Shown: one piece after another, positions 28,198-38,809 of the stretch
Layout: every line of letters begins with the position of its first letter
Position numbering within the stretch: the first letter of the stretch is position 1
From: Methanomicrobiaceae archaeon
GTDB lineage: Archaea > Halobacteriota > Methanomicrobia > Methanomicrobiales > Methanoculleaceae
Assembly: GCA_020854755.1 (NCBI GenBank)
Contig: JAHKLN010000011.1
Location: forward strand, 2,131 to 66,130
Length of the DNA: 64,000 nt
Reading direction: 5' to 3'
Translations under genes and position numbers: made by a program
Notes under the pieces: model-generated
The model's database searches: none
Told to the model about the DNA's origin: nothing
Seen by the model: the letters and a program-made list of their open reading frames with translations, nothing else

Positions 28198-30969
28198 TCA
28201 CGCATGCGTGCTGCCGTCCCTCATGCTTGCCGGCTTGCTGATCGGTACCGAGGCGCCGCGGGTCAGGTTGTCGGCAGCGATCCACTGCGGCATCCCCCTG
28301 TCGGTCGTGGCAACCGCACGGACAAGGATCCCGGTATTTGCGTTCTCTATGTGGTTCTGCCGCAGGACGATCATGGGGCCGAGGACGCCGTAGACCTTGA
28401 TCCCCACGACGTCGGCCTGCCGCAGGTTGTTCACCCGCACGATATTGCTCTCGGCGATCAGGCTCCGGCAGTTGCCGGTAAAGATGCCGTGGGCGGGGTC
28501 GGGGCAGAGCGGTGTTGCCGTGATCTCCACCGTATTGCCCGATATAATCGCCCTGTCGATGAAGTCGTGGTCGTTGCGCGGCGCATTTGCGTGGCTCACC
28601 CCCAGGTGGATGCCCTGGGTCGCCCCCCGGATTGTGTTGTAGAGGATCCGGACGTCGGGCTGCGAAGAGCCTGCGATCAGGATACCCCGGGCGGCGGACG
28701 GCGGGGCGCTCACCGCTTTATCCAGCCAGCCGGCCAGCGAGGGGAACTTCCGCCTGAGATCCTCCTCCCGGAGGACGCGGTCCACGTGTGAGAACACGAA
28801 CGTCTTCGCATCCCCCGGCCGGTCGAATGCAGGAGCGCTCGCTGCTCTCACCAGCGCCTGCAGATCCTTTTCGAGTGCAGGGGCGGTTGCGAGCCGGATG
28901 GTATGGCTGCCGATGGGGATGGCGATATACTTCCCTGCTTCCCGCACGGGCTGGTCGACGACGAGTCCCTTGAGGAGCCGTCCGACGATCTCCTTCCGGA
29001 GCCCCCGGTCCACGCGGATCGCAGCGAGGGGGTCCCTTCTGGGCTCGCCGTGCACCGCGATATCGTTCTGCTCGATCCTAACGCGGCCTGCGTTTGAAAC
29101 CAGGATGCCAATCTGCCGGTTGGCCGGAGAGAGGTCGCACCCCCGGATCCGGACCGACGCGGTGGCTCGGGCGTTCGCTCCCGGGTCGGGGTTCCATACT
29201 CCCAGGCAGGCGATGCCGTCCCGGCGCCCTGCCGCCCCCCGCACCGTCACCCGCTCGACCGTGACGCTGCCGCAGCGGTCGAAGGCGAGCACGCCGTTAA
29301 GCGTCTGCTCTCCCCCTGCCGCCCCCTCTGCTCCGGCGCTGACCATGATGTCCTCCACCACGACGCTCTCCCATCCGGAAAACACCAGCGCCGGCCGGGA
29401 AGCGGGTGCCGCAATCATCGTTCCCTTTCCGCATCCCGACAGACGGAGGTGGCCGCTGCCGGAAAAGACGATCGTATCGTCAATGCTGTATTCTGCCGCC
29501 TGGAGGCAGATCCGGGCGCTCTTTTTCCCCGTCACCCGGGACGGGCAGTTCCTGAGATCCGATGGGAGCACCACCACGGTGCAGCTCCCGTCCCGCCGCC
29601 GGCAGATGGCATCGAGAGCCTCCTGGACCGTTGTTGAGTCCTCCATCTCGCAGGCAGTCCCCGAAAAATCGACGTCTTCTGCAGAAATAGCGGTAGCGGG
29701 AGGAAACAGCCTCCGGCAGTCCTTCACGACCCCGACCGTCCCGCCCGACACACCGAGGATCGCGAGCGGGCAGTAATGGTGCTCCACCCCGTCGGGAGGC
29801 CTGAATGCGGGTTCATCGCCGGCATCGAGCGGCCACTCGATGGCATCGGTGATCGTCCGGGACGGGATCAGCCAGTAATCGCCGGGCGACAGCGCCCCCT
29901 GGCGGAAGGCCACCTGGATGCCCTCCTCGAGATCCATCCACTCCTCGCCGCCGGGCAGCGATCCGACATAATCCCAGAGGCGGACTGTCGGGTTCGTGAA
30001 CGATTCGAGGCGGATGACGGTGTCGCTGCCGGGAGGGCGTATCGTCTCCGGGTCGATGATCAGGTCTTCTCCCTCCAGGCCGATCAATCGGGCGACGACC
30101 CCGGCAATGCCCTTCCGCTCCCGGAGTTCGTCGGTGATCTCTATCCATCGTCCCCCTGCAGTCCGGCAATCCCGGAATGCGTCGAGCACGCGGGAGGGCG
30201 CGTCTTTCAGCGTGATCCTTCCATCTGGCGATGAGGCCGAGCAGCGGGCGGCAAAGGCGGCGTTATCGCGCGACCATTTGATGAGAGGCAGATGTCCGCC
30301 GGAGAACTCCTCGTGCACCTCCACCCGGTAGAGCTGGTTCTCCAGGCGGCGGTACTCCCCCGCAGTGATCTCGCACGGCCCGGCATGTGCCTGGCTGCGG
30401 TTGTATCGCGCCTTCATCATCCCCTGTACGGCCTCGCCCTCGATCGGGTCGCTGCATGATGGCTGTCCGCCGGGGGATCGCCTGGCCCGGATCTCCCAGG
30501 CCACTTCGGTGCGGGTGGCGGTATCCGGGCCGCCGAGCGCCACTTCCCGGATATTCGGGTCCTCGAGCGCCGAGACATGCCGCTCCCACACATCCAGGTA
30601 CACGAAGTGGTATCCGGTCTCGAGCGGCCAGGGAAAGGTCAGCAGGCCTCTCTCTGCCAGCGCGTCCCCGGCCGCCGGGACGATCAGATCCGCTTCGTTC
30701 TCGCAAAGTATCCCGTCCACGTAGTACCGGCCGCGGGTCACCGCGATCCCGCCGCCCTCCGTCGGCCGGATCGCGAACCCCGCGGGCGCATCCCCCTTCG
30801 GCCCCCCGTGGTGGCCGATCAGGTCTCTATCGGCAGAGCGGCGGCGATACCTCTCGATATCCGCCTGCTCGTTCCAGTCCGCATCGAGCTGCACCCTCCC
30901 CTGCTGCATGCGGACACCGGAATAGTGCTTCTCCCGCGAAAATGAATTGCGGGTAAAATCTCCATACAT
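28198..30969 (-). CDS. eCIS terminal gene: DUF6519-like N-terminus + right-handed beta-helix-like C-terminal region (candidate receptor-binding/depolymerase protein)
   Basis: ORF 28198..30987 starts at a GTG; ATG 30969 has GAGGAGG ~8 nt upstream. N-terminus MYGDFTRNSFSREKHYSGVRMQQGRVQLDADWNEQ. The C-terminal third has short repeated units (ILYNTIRGATQGIHLG, ISGNTVEI, AESNIVRVNN, LRQNHIENANTGILV). Confidence 0.7.
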   Translation of the reverse strand: MYGDFTRNSFSREKHYSGVRMQQGRVQLDADWNEQADIERYRRRSADRDLIGHHGGPKGDAPAGFAIRPTEGGGIAVTRGRYYVDGILCENEADLIVPAAGDALAERGLLTFPWPLETGYHFVYLDVWERHVSALEDPNIREVALGGPDTATRTEVAWEIRARRSPGGQPSCSDPIEGEAVQGMMKARYNRSQAHAGPCEITAGEYRRLENQLYRVEVHEEFSGGHLPLIKWSRDNAAFAARCSASSPDGRITLKDAPSRVLDAFRDCRTAGGRWIEITDELRERKGIAGVVARLIGLEGEDLIIDPETIRPPGSDTVIRLESFTNPTVRLWDYVGSLPGGEEWMDLEEGIQVAFRQGALSPGDYWLIPSRTITDAIEWPLDAGDEPAFRPPDGVEHHYCPLAILGVSGGTVGVVKDCRRLFPPATAISAEDVDFSGTACEMEDSTTVQEALDAICRRRDGSCTVVVLPSDLRNCPSRVTGKKSARICLQAAEYSIDDTIVFSGSGHLRLSGCGKGTMIAAPASRPALVFSGWESVVVEDIMVSAGAEGAAGGEQTLNGVLAFDRCGSVTVERVTVRGAAGRRDGIACLGVWNPDPGANARATASVRIRGCDLSPANRQIGILVSNAGRVRIEQNDIAVHGEPRRDPLAAIRVDRGLRKEIVGRLLKGLVVDQPVREAGKYIAIPIGSHTIRLATAPALEKDLQALVRAASAPAFDRPGDAKTFVFSHVDRVLREEDLRRKFPSLAGWLDKAVSAPPSAARGILIAGSSQPDVRILYNTIRGATQGIHLGVSHANAPRNDHDFIDRAIISGNTVEITATPLCPDPAHGIFTGNCRSLIAESNIVRVNNLRQADVVGIKVYGVLGPMIVLRQNHIENANTGILVRAVATTDRGMPQWIAADNLTRGASVPISKPASMRDGSTHA

Positions 30970-30983
30970 GCTGTCAGACCTCC

Positions 30984-33062
30984 TCACGAAACATAGAATA
31001 TCCCCGCTTCAAACCCGAATCTGATATACTCATCAATCACCCTCCGAAGGTTCGATTCCCGGTCGGCCTGGAACAGCCTGTTGAACGCACCCATCTCCGA
31101 GCCGTTCTGTGCCCCTGTCAGGATATCCGGGCTGCATGCCGCGCTCAGCTGGGCATACCCCGGACGGCCGTAGCGCCGCCGGGTGAACGCAGGCCGGCGT
31201 GCGGCCTCCAGGGCTGCGATCTGCTGTTCCGTCCGATCTCCGGCTGTTCTTGCGGCCTCGAGACTCAGGTCGGGCTGACAGCGGTACCGCCGGGGGGTTC
31301 GCGACGCTCCCGGGACATAGCTGAAGCGGATGCAGCCCGCCTGCCTCCGCTCCACGGTGACATCAATGAGGAAGATCGAATCCGACGCCTCCAGTTCCGC
31401 CACGCAGACCTGACCAAAGACCGTGCAGCGCTCCATCACGGCTTTCGGCCCCTCCCCCGACTCCCATCCGGCGACTGCGGGGTACGACCCGTCCTCCGGA
31501 GGCGCATCCAGGATGCTCTCGCTGACGGTGAGGGGGCGTGCATCTGCGGGAATCCGCAGCGGCCCGCAGATGCTCCGGTGTATCGTCACCCCCGGGCGAT
31601 CGGACGCATCCGATGTCTGGAGGCTGTTTGCGCGCGGATAGCGGGGGCTGCCGTCCTGGTTGAGCGACCACCCGGGCACCAGGGTGGTGTGCGTGATCCG
31701 GATATCGGGCGATCCCGCAATCTGCAGCCCGCCCTCCACCAGGAACCCGTCCAGGGAGAAGGAGGATCCCTCCGCTCCCCGGATGACGTTGTTCCCGACA
31801 GGCCGCCAGGTCGGCCGGCAGCCCTCGCCCGCCTCGATCGTCACCGCGGTCTCCGGCGGCAGATCGATATCGAAATTCCCTCCGTAGACGCCGTTATCCT
31901 CGACCCGGATGACGAGCACGCGCCTGCCTTCGGACTCACCGATATCCAGGCATCGGTCCCTCGCCTCCTGCAGGGTCGTGCACGCCCCGTTCTTTGAGAC
32001 CCGGATCACGCATGCATCGGGATCGGCTGCACGCTGCCGGGGATACGGTCCGCCCCCCATATCCGCAGAGAAGCCGTAGCAGTACGAGACCTCCACCTGC
32101 GCCGGCGACCCGCCGTCGGGGAAGGCAAGCCGTCCTCGCTCCGGGTCGATCGCCACCTTCCCGGGCCCGGGCCGCTCCCACGCACTCAGGTCGGCCACGA
32201 CGATTGCCGAGGCGGGAACAAGCCTGCCGTCACGGTAGACGGCAAGGGCGCAGCCCTCCCCGTACAGCCGGGAGCGTCCGGGCCACCCGGTATCGGGCCG
32301 TGAGTCCGAGCGGGCCATAAACTCCCTGAGATCGTCCTCCAGCGCTCCCGGACGGATTGCGCCTGGCACATGCTCCTCACCGGAGATCCGGGAGATATCC
32401 TCCTCCGTGGACGGGAGGGAGAAGAGGGGGAGATCGGTACCGAGCGTGCTGAAGTGGTACAGCCCCCGGGAACCGCGGGCAGGAGCGCGGAGCATCTGGT
32501 AGGGCGTCAGCCGCCAGAGGAAGATGCCGATATGGGGGATGTTGAACCTGCCCCTGCCGCTCCCGATCCGGCGCACCTCGGCCGTGTGCGCCAGACGGCT
32601 AAACGGCGTCCCCAGGAGATCGAGGGCGTTTCGATCCCGCAGATCCGCCGTGCCGCCGCCGTCGCGTACGTGGGCGAGGTGCTGCGTCCTCGCCAGTGCC
32701 TGGAAGAACTCAACGGCATGGGCGGGCCACCGGGTGATGTCGCGGGCCAGCTGCTCCAGCACGGCCGCCGTCCCCTTCCTGCGGCGATAGGCGATGCTGT
32801 TGGCGACGTATGCCCGAAGGCTGCTCCCCTCTCCCGGGGTGAGCAGGCCGGCGCCGAGGGCGTCCCCGATGTAGGGCACCGCCCACTCCGCACAGGTCTC
32901 GATGAAGAGATCGTCGTACAGCTGATCCAGGTTCTCCTCCAGTGCCCGCACCTCATCCGCAATCACCCCGAGCAGCTGCAAAAGCGGCTCCCCGCGTTCG
33001 CCGTCGCGTATGCGGTAGATGGCGGGCAGCAGGGAATAGAGGGTCTCATCATCGAAGTTCAT
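30984..33062 (-). CDS. phage P2 gpI-like tail/baseplate protein
   Basis: N-terminus LYSLLPAIYRIRDGERGEPLLQLLGVIADEVRALEENLDQLYDDLFIETCAEWAVPYIGDALG. ATGA overlap with the upstream gene. Confidence 0.8.
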   Translation of the reverse strand: MNFDDETLYSLLPAIYRIRDGERGEPLLQLLGVIADEVRALEENLDQLYDDLFIETCAEWAVPYIGDALGAGLLTPGEGSSLRAYVANSIAYRRRKGTAAVLEQLARDITRWPAHAVEFFQALARTQHLAHVRDGGGTADLRDRNALDLLGTPFSRLAHTAEVRRIGSGRGRFNIPHIGIFLWRLTPYQMLRAPARGSRGLYHFSTLGTDLPLFSLPSTEEDISRISGEEHVPGAIRPGALEDDLREFMARSDSRPDTGWPGRSRLYGEGCALAVYRDGRLVPASAIVVADLSAWERPGPGKVAIDPERGRLAFPDGGSPAQVEVSYCYGFSADMGGGPYPRQRAADPDACVIRVSKNGACTTLQEARDRCLDIGESEGRRVLVIRVEDNGVYGGNFDIDLPPETAVTIEAGEGCRPTWRPVGNNVIRGAEGSSFSLDGFLVEGGLQIAGSPDIRITHTTLVPGWSLNQDGSPRYPRANSLQTSDASDRPGVTIHRSICGPLRIPADARPLTVSESILDAPPEDGSYPAVAGWESGEGPKAVMERCTVFGQVCVAELEASDSIFLIDVTVERRQAGCIRFSYVPGASRTPRRYRCQPDLSLEAARTAGDRTEQQIAALEAARRPAFTRRRYGRPGYAQLSAACSPDILTGAQNGSEMGAFNRLFQADRESNLRRVIDEYIRFGFEAGIFYVS

Positions 33063-35686
33063 GCGAGCTCACCCCACTCTATCGGCCTCTGATCGATCTG
33101 GAGCAGTTCGGCAGGGGACGCGGCGGCGATATCCTCGCCGGAAGAGGGCTGTCTGGCGACGATCACCGCATTTCGCCCCCGCTGCCCGTCCGACCTGAAG
33201 AGGAGGCCGATCTCGACTGCAGACACACCGGGGACCGACTGGATCACCCCGGTCACCTCGCTGATCGTCACGGGCTGGCCGAACTCGCGGGCCTCGAACG
33301 AGAAGGCCTCCCTGACCGCACGCTCCGCATCGGCCAGGACCTTTGATCGGACGTACGCAGGATCGGTCTTTACGTTCGCGCGTATCTGGAAGAATACCGG
33401 ACGGAACGACAGCACCCGGACCGGGAGGCGGGGGTCGCCGCGGGTGCACAGCGCGGCCTTCAGCCCCTCGCAGGTGGGTCCGCCCGGAGGCACGCTCTCG
33501 CCCCCGGGACCGGCGACGGTGAGGAGGACGGCCCGGGACTGCCCCATCCATCCGTCGACGGCCATGGCTTTTGCGATGCCGGGGAAGGCCCTCGCGTACG
33601 ACGCAAAGTCCCGGATGGAGACGATCCGGTCCAGGGTGAGGACCGCGAGCGGCGAGTTCTGCCGGATCTCGCCGAGTGTCTCCGCATCGGCGCCTCCCGA
33701 TGCAGGCAGGGGGTTGGTGACGGACCGGACGCCCGGAGGCCGCCTGGTGAGCAGGGTGAGGCGTTCCGCCTCGAGGTTTCCGGCACGGCCGCTGCCGGAC
33801 CGGTAGGTGGCGGTGACGTTCTCCCTGCCTGAAGGCAGCCGCGCTCCCCGCTCGCCGTCGCCGAAGGTGACGGTGGTGGTGCCGTCCTCCTCGGTGCGGA
33901 CAGTGTAGCACCGGTCGCCGGGCCCTGCGTCGATCAGGCTCTCTGCTTCGCGCCAGAGCAGATCGTTGACCCGGATCTCAAGGCTCGATTCCAGACTGCC
34001 GGTCTCCCCCGAGGTGACGCAGGTGAGGGGAGCGGCCTTCAGGGAAAACTGCTGGTAGGAGAGCCTCCCGTCGCCGCTCCCGAGGACCTCCTCCCGGGTC
34101 TCGCCGTGCGTTGCCGCCGCCACATTTGCGTTGATCGTCACGCTCTCCCGCCTGTACCTGTGGGATAACGCCGTCGAGAAGGAGAGGAGGGTCAGGCCTT
34201 CTGCGATCTCGACGGAGGCGATCGTTACCGCTTCGTGCGCAGCAGACATCCTGAGATCGATCGGCGCTCCGGACAGCACGACGACCTGACCTTTCTGCAG
34301 CTCCGGATACGCCCCTTCCAGGACGACGGAGTCCCCTTCGACGGGAGTGGTGTCGGCCACCTCCGCAATCTCGAGCTCCTCGCTCTGGGCGGAGATGGCG
34401 GTCTCCCGGATTTTAAAGGAGGGGACGGCCCGATCCAGCCTGAGCCGGGAGACCCTCGCGCTGATCAGGTAGTCGCTCCGCGCCACCTCCTCGTTCTGGA
34501 CGACCGTGCCGAGGACTTCCTCTCCGGTGCGGGTATTTTTGAGAAGGATCCGGCTGCCGGGGAGGATGCCCGGATATGAGGCGTCCAGGTGGATGCAGTC
34601 GTGTACCCCAAAGAGGTTCGCGTCGTCGGCGAGCGTTGCATCGTCCCAGTTGCGATGGCCGCCTCTCCGGTCGTCGGGGAGCATATCATACCGGGGGGCG
34701 TTGTGGCCGAAGGGTGCGGTATGGCAGCGGAAGACAGAGACCCTGACTGTCTGCGCCAGAACGCGCCCGGCCCGCTGCATCTGCATGTTCTCCTTGAGTC
34801 TTTTGAGCGGCCATCCCTGGTGCGCGGCGAATGCAATCAGGTCGGCGGCCTGCCAGCGTTTATCGAGCACAGCGGACTTCACGTGGGCGTCGGTCATGGC
34901 CATGGCCTTCGAGATGAAGGCGGCCGGAGCCGCCGCGATCTGCGCCGTCACCGGGCCCGGGGGCGGTGCGGAGGCGAGGTGGACGCGGACGGTGCCGCGT
35001 GCTGTGTCCGGGAAGACCTCGGTCACCGTCCTGACCCTCTTCTCCTCCGCGCTCTTTGCAAGGAGGATCCGGTCGCCCGGCTTTACGGTGGCGGCGTTCC
35101 CCCGGATAGTGAAGGCCTCCGCGTCCAGGGAGATCTCCTGCGGGAGGTACAGCCGGGGTGAAATCGCGTTCCATTCGGTCCGTGCAGCAATCTCCTCGAC
35201 CGTCTCGAAGGTCAGGGGCGGCCGCCCGTCGAGCGGGATGCTCTGCACCCTCGTGCCCCTGCCGACCGGCACGGCCGCCAGATCGCTCTCCACCGTGAAT
35301 GCGAGGTAGGTGGCGGCAGCGGCGCCGGGCCGCAGCCGGTACCCGGTCAGGGCGGCGATGTGGGAGAGCGAGAGCCGTTCGGTGGCCGTCCGGAGGTAGC
35401 ATTCGTTTGCGATACGCTCCTGGTAAAAGGTCAGGACATCGCCGATCACCGCCCAGGCATCCAGCAGGGCGATGCTGAAGTCGCCGCTCTCCCGCGTCCG
35501 GAGGCCGGCGAGCGCCGGCCGTCTCTCTGTCCCGCTGAGTGCGGCCATCATGCTTGCCCTGAAGCGGGCGTGGTCGCCTGTCCGGTAGGAGATCATCCGG
35601 AGTCCCGGGCGGTTGTATATCCGTACGGGGGTCGCGCGGCGCATCCCCTCACAGCAGCCGCAGAGATCGGATCTTGCGCTCATCAT
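33059..35686 (-). CDS. baseplate-J-like protein, second paralog (Afp12 position)
   Basis: Start at ATG 35686 (ATGA overlap with the upstream stop). LLDAWAVIGDVLTFYQERIANECYLRTATERLSL parallels LVEVLAYLGDHLSYRQDAIATEAYLRTARRRVSV of the upstream protein. Confidence 0.8.
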   Translation of the reverse strand: MMSARSDLCGCCEGMRRATPVRIYNRPGLRMISYRTGDHARFRASMMAALSGTERRPALAGLRTRESGDFSIALLDAWAVIGDVLTFYQERIANECYLRTATERLSLSHIAALTGYRLRPGAAAATYLAFTVESDLAAVPVGRGTRVQSIPLDGRPPLTFETVEEIAARTEWNAISPRLYLPQEISLDAEAFTIRGNAATVKPGDRILLAKSAEEKRVRTVTEVFPDTARGTVRVHLASAPPPGPVTAQIAAAPAAFISKAMAMTDAHVKSAVLDKRWQAADLIAFAAHQGWPLKRLKENMQMQRAGRVLAQTVRVSVFRCHTAPFGHNAPRYDMLPDDRRGGHRNWDDATLADDANLFGVHDCIHLDASYPGILPGSRILLKNTRTGEEVLGTVVQNEEVARSDYLISARVSRLRLDRAVPSFKIRETAISAQSEELEIAEVADTTPVEGDSVVLEGAYPELQKGQVVVLSGAPIDLRMSAAHEAVTIASVEIAEGLTLLSFSTALSHRYRRESVTINANVAAATHGETREEVLGSGDGRLSYQQFSLKAAPLTCVTSGETGSLESSLEIRVNDLLWREAESLIDAGPGDRCYTVRTEEDGTTTVTFGDGERGARLPSGRENVTATYRSGSGRAGNLEAERLTLLTRRPPGVRSVTNPLPASGGADAETLGEIRQNSPLAVLTLDRIVSIRDFASYARAFPGIAKAMAVDGWMGQSRAVLLTVAGPGGESVPPGGPTCEGLKAALCTRGDPRLPVRVLSFRPVFFQIRANVKTDPAYVRSKVLADAERAVREAFSFEAREFGQPVTISEVTGVIQSVPGVSAVEIGLLFRSDGQRGRNAVIVARQPSSGEDIAAASPAELLQIDQRPIEWGELA

Positions 35687-38451
35687 CCACCTCGCAGTTC
35701 CATACGGAATACCCCGTGTTCGGGGAAGTTCGGGTCGTTGTCCAGGCGGGCGCACTCGAACTTCCTGATCGCCAGCCTGCCCGCATCGATCCCCTCGTTG
35801 CCGGGCTGCCCGAGCCGCCGGAACGTCGTCACCTCGCAGGCCGAGACGCCCTCGATCTCCCCGGCAGCCCGGTAGATATGACTCAGGTAGACCGGCTGCC
35901 CGAGCGAGAAGTTGTCTGGATGGAAGATCCCCCGCCGTCCATCGGGACGCCGGCCGGCGCTGAAGGTGGAGATCAGTTCCCGGGCGACATCCGACCGGTC
36001 ATACCCGGATTTGACGCATATCCGGACTGCGATCTCCAGAGGCACGTGGCGTGGCCCCCGGATCTCCAGATCCTGCCCCATGAACCGGTACCGGTCCAGG
36101 AACGCAAGGAGTTCCTCTTTGAACGGCTCGTCCACCTCCCTGCCGCCGAACCGGTCGACGGTGAGGAAGACCGTATACCAGCTCCCGGTCCACTGCAGCG
36201 CGGCCGCGGCCCGCTGGACCGAAGGATGGCGCATCGCGAGGGCTGCATAGTCCTCCGGGGTGACCGCACGCTCCTGGCGGCGGAACATGGACGGTGCGAT
36301 CTCGCGCACCCGGTCGATGCTCTCCGGTGCGGTGCCGCCGAACGCGGGCAGGGGGTTGTTGACGCCAACGATCGAGGGATCGTGGGCAACCATATGGACG
36401 AGCGTCTCGCTGCCGACGTTCCCCTCCGGCCCGTTGCCTGTCCGGTACGCCGCGAAAAACTCCTCCCCTGATGCCGGCCGCATCCCGAAACTGCCGTCCC
36501 CGAATCGTATCCAGGCAGATCCGTCCGACTCGGTCTCGATCACATATTCCCTTGCTTCCGGGGCGCTGTTGAGCAGATCGCGGACGGGAGACCAGGAGAA
36601 GGCCTGCTCTCTCCCGGACATCCGGCTGGAGAGCCGTACGGCAGGCCGGGCCTCCTCCGGCGACAACTCCCTGACCGCAGCCGCCGGAGGCGGGAGCGAG
36701 GAGACCAGGAGGCGTTCCGGGGCGTCCTCGTGAGCATTTTCGAGACGGATCCGGTAGGCCTGCGTGCCGTCTGAGATCGACCACTCGTCCAGCCTCCCCT
36801 GTATGGAGAGGCTCTCCGCTGCAAACACGATCCCCCGGTTCATGAACGCCTGGTGCAGATACGGGGGCAGTGCCCTGTCATCAAGGCTCTCTACCTGCCG
36901 GGCCAGCAGATCCTCCTCCCCTGCGGCAAACGCCAGTCCGAAGAGCGTCCGCTCGGCATACGGCAGCGCGTGGGTGAGCGGGCCGGCACCGAGCCGCGGC
37001 CGGAAGCGTGGCAAAACGGGCTGCTGCGCCGGGCGTGCGCAGGGATTGCCCGTCTCCTGCGGATCTGCGGCAAAGAAGAGTGCCGGTGCGGCCACCGTCC
37101 CGAGCGCCTCAGCCCCGGGCAGCGTGCGCCCGGCATCTGCCAGCACGATGTTCCCCAGCGCGATGCTGAGATCCTCGCAGTACTCCTCGCGCTTCCCGTC
37201 GGGGGAGACGGATCCCGATATGCAGAAGGCCGCCGGCAGCGCGTCCGCCGCGTCCCACCGGATCAGGGTGACGGGCGCCGGGCCGCCGTCCGCAGAACGG
37301 ACCGGATCCCCGGTGACCCGGACGTGGGTCAGGCGGACGGCATGCCGGTGCATACGGTCCGCTTCCTCCGGCCGGCCGGTGCGGGGATCCCGGTGCTCTG
37401 CAACGATCAACACGTCGCCGGCCATGAGGCCGGAGAGATCGCCCGCTAGCCAGGCCTCGGTCGCGCCTGCTGGCAGGCAGCACCGCCGGTCGCCCCAGGC
37501 ATAAAAGCGCATCTCATTCTGCGCCCGCGAAAGAACCGCGGAGTGGACCGTCTCGAACACTTCGGGCTTCTGATCCAGAGCTTTCTGGTACTCGCGGGAA
37601 TCCGGCGCGATCCGCGTCCCCGCTCCGGCGACCCCGGTGAGGATCTGCGTCCCGGGTGCGAGCCGGAGGCGGTCGCCCTCCACGCGGATATGCATCCATG
37701 CCCGGGCATTGCAGCCGTCGTGCATCCGGTAGTCGACCAGCCGGGCATGCCTCCGCACCGATACCCTCCGGCGTGCGGTACGGAGGTATGCCTCGGTGGC
37801 GATCGCGTCCTGCCGGTAGGAGAGGTGGTCTCCCAGATAGGCAAGGACCTCGACGAGCGCCATGCCGGCATCGGCGGGGTTTTGCTCGGTCCATTCCGGC
37901 AGCAGCAGGGCCATTCGATCGAGGATCAGCCTGCGGAAGCTCTCAAAGTCCCTGGCGCAGTAATCGATCTCCGGGGCGCGATCCGGGACGTCCGGACAGA
38001 CCATCTCCTCCCTGCAGTCGAACGTCCGGGGGCATCCCGCCTTGAAGGAGAACTCAACTGCGGAGAGCACCGGATCAAACCCTTCGGGCGGCTCCGCACT
38101 CGATCTCCCCCCCACCAGGCGGAGGGTGTAGGTGGAGAAGTCGCCCGGTGCATCGACCTCGATTATGAGAGTGCTCTCATCCTGTGCGGCGATGCTGCTC
38201 ACCGGAACCGTCTGTATGCGTGCGCCGCCTTCGATCCGGATCAGCCCGGCAGCTGCCGCTCCCGCGAGGGGCAGGCGATCGAGGATGCCTGCGGGCAGCT
38301 CCCGGATGAGGGTGAGGAGGATCGTCCTCTGGCGCTCATTCTCCGGCATGCCGGGCGCATCCACCACTTCGAGCGTCTCGATGCCGTTGTACGTGCTCCC
38401 GTGCCGCACCGCGTCGCGCCGGTCCCGGTTGCAGCAGGCATAGACGGCCAT
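35683..38451 (-). CDS. baseplate-J / T4 gp6 / Afp11-like baseplate wedge protein
   Basis: ATG 38451 (MAVYACCNRDRRDAV...) lies 1 nt after the gp25 stop. The ORF-track start 38469 is a TTG. Carries the conserved EAYLRTA block. Confidence 0.85.
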   Translation of the reverse strand: MAVYACCNRDRRDAVRHGSTYNGIETLEVVDAPGMPENERQRTILLTLIRELPAGILDRLPLAGAAAAGLIRIEGGARIQTVPVSSIAAQDESTLIIEVDAPGDFSTYTLRLVGGRSSAEPPEGFDPVLSAVEFSFKAGCPRTFDCREEMVCPDVPDRAPEIDYCARDFESFRRLILDRMALLLPEWTEQNPADAGMALVEVLAYLGDHLSYRQDAIATEAYLRTARRRVSVRRHARLVDYRMHDGCNARAWMHIRVEGDRLRLAPGTQILTGVAGAGTRIAPDSREYQKALDQKPEVFETVHSAVLSRAQNEMRFYAWGDRRCCLPAGATEAWLAGDLSGLMAGDVLIVAEHRDPRTGRPEEADRMHRHAVRLTHVRVTGDPVRSADGGPAPVTLIRWDAADALPAAFCISGSVSPDGKREEYCEDLSIALGNIVLADAGRTLPGAEALGTVAAPALFFAADPQETGNPCARPAQQPVLPRFRPRLGAGPLTHALPYAERTLFGLAFAAGEEDLLARQVESLDDRALPPYLHQAFMNRGIVFAAESLSIQGRLDEWSISDGTQAYRIRLENAHEDAPERLLVSSLPPPAAAVRELSPEEARPAVRLSSRMSGREQAFSWSPVRDLLNSAPEAREYVIETESDGSAWIRFGDGSFGMRPASGEEFFAAYRTGNGPEGNVGSETLVHMVAHDPSIVGVNNPLPAFGGTAPESIDRVREIAPSMFRRQERAVTPEDYAALAMRHPSVQRAAAALQWTGSWYTVFLTVDRFGGREVDEPFKEELLAFLDRYRFMGQDLEIRGPRHVPLEIAVRICVKSGYDRSDVARELISTFSAGRRPDGRRGIFHPDNFSLGQPVYLSHIYRAAGEIEGVSACEVTTFRRLGQPGNEGIDAGRLAIRKFECARLDNDPNFPEHGVFRMELRGG

Positions 38452-38452
38452 C

Positions 38453-38809
38453 CTACACCTCCCGGGCAAACCGGGCGGATTGACGCTCCTGGCTCCGGCG
38501 CACCACGTACTGCACCACGACCACGAGTGCCGCTTCCCGGCACTCCACGCTCACCTCCTCGACCTGGATCAGGTCCGAAAGCCACTTCTGCAGCGCACCC
38601 TGGACCATGAACTGCATTGCCGCGGAGGTCTCGTCACCTGCGGGGGCAAAGACAAGGTGCATCAGGCCGCAGCCGAAATCAGGGCGGTTTACCCGCTCTC
38701 CGGGCGAGGTGAAGAGCACCTGCTCGATCAGGTCGCGTATGTGTTCGTCCTCTCCTGCCGTTTTGGTCCCGCCCCGGGAGTCGAAGTGCAGGGGGAATTT
38801 GACCTGCAT
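38453..38809 (-). CDS. GPW/gp25-family baseplate wedge protein
   Basis: 118 aa. IRDLIEQVLFTSPGERVNRPDFGCGL is the characteristic gp25 block. Confidence 0.9.
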   Translation of the reverse strand: MQVKFPLHFDSRGGTKTAGEDEHIRDLIEQVLFTSPGERVNRPDFGCGLMHLVFAPAGDETSAAMQFMVQGALQKWLSDLIQVEEVSVECREAALVVVVQYVVRRSQERQSARFAREV

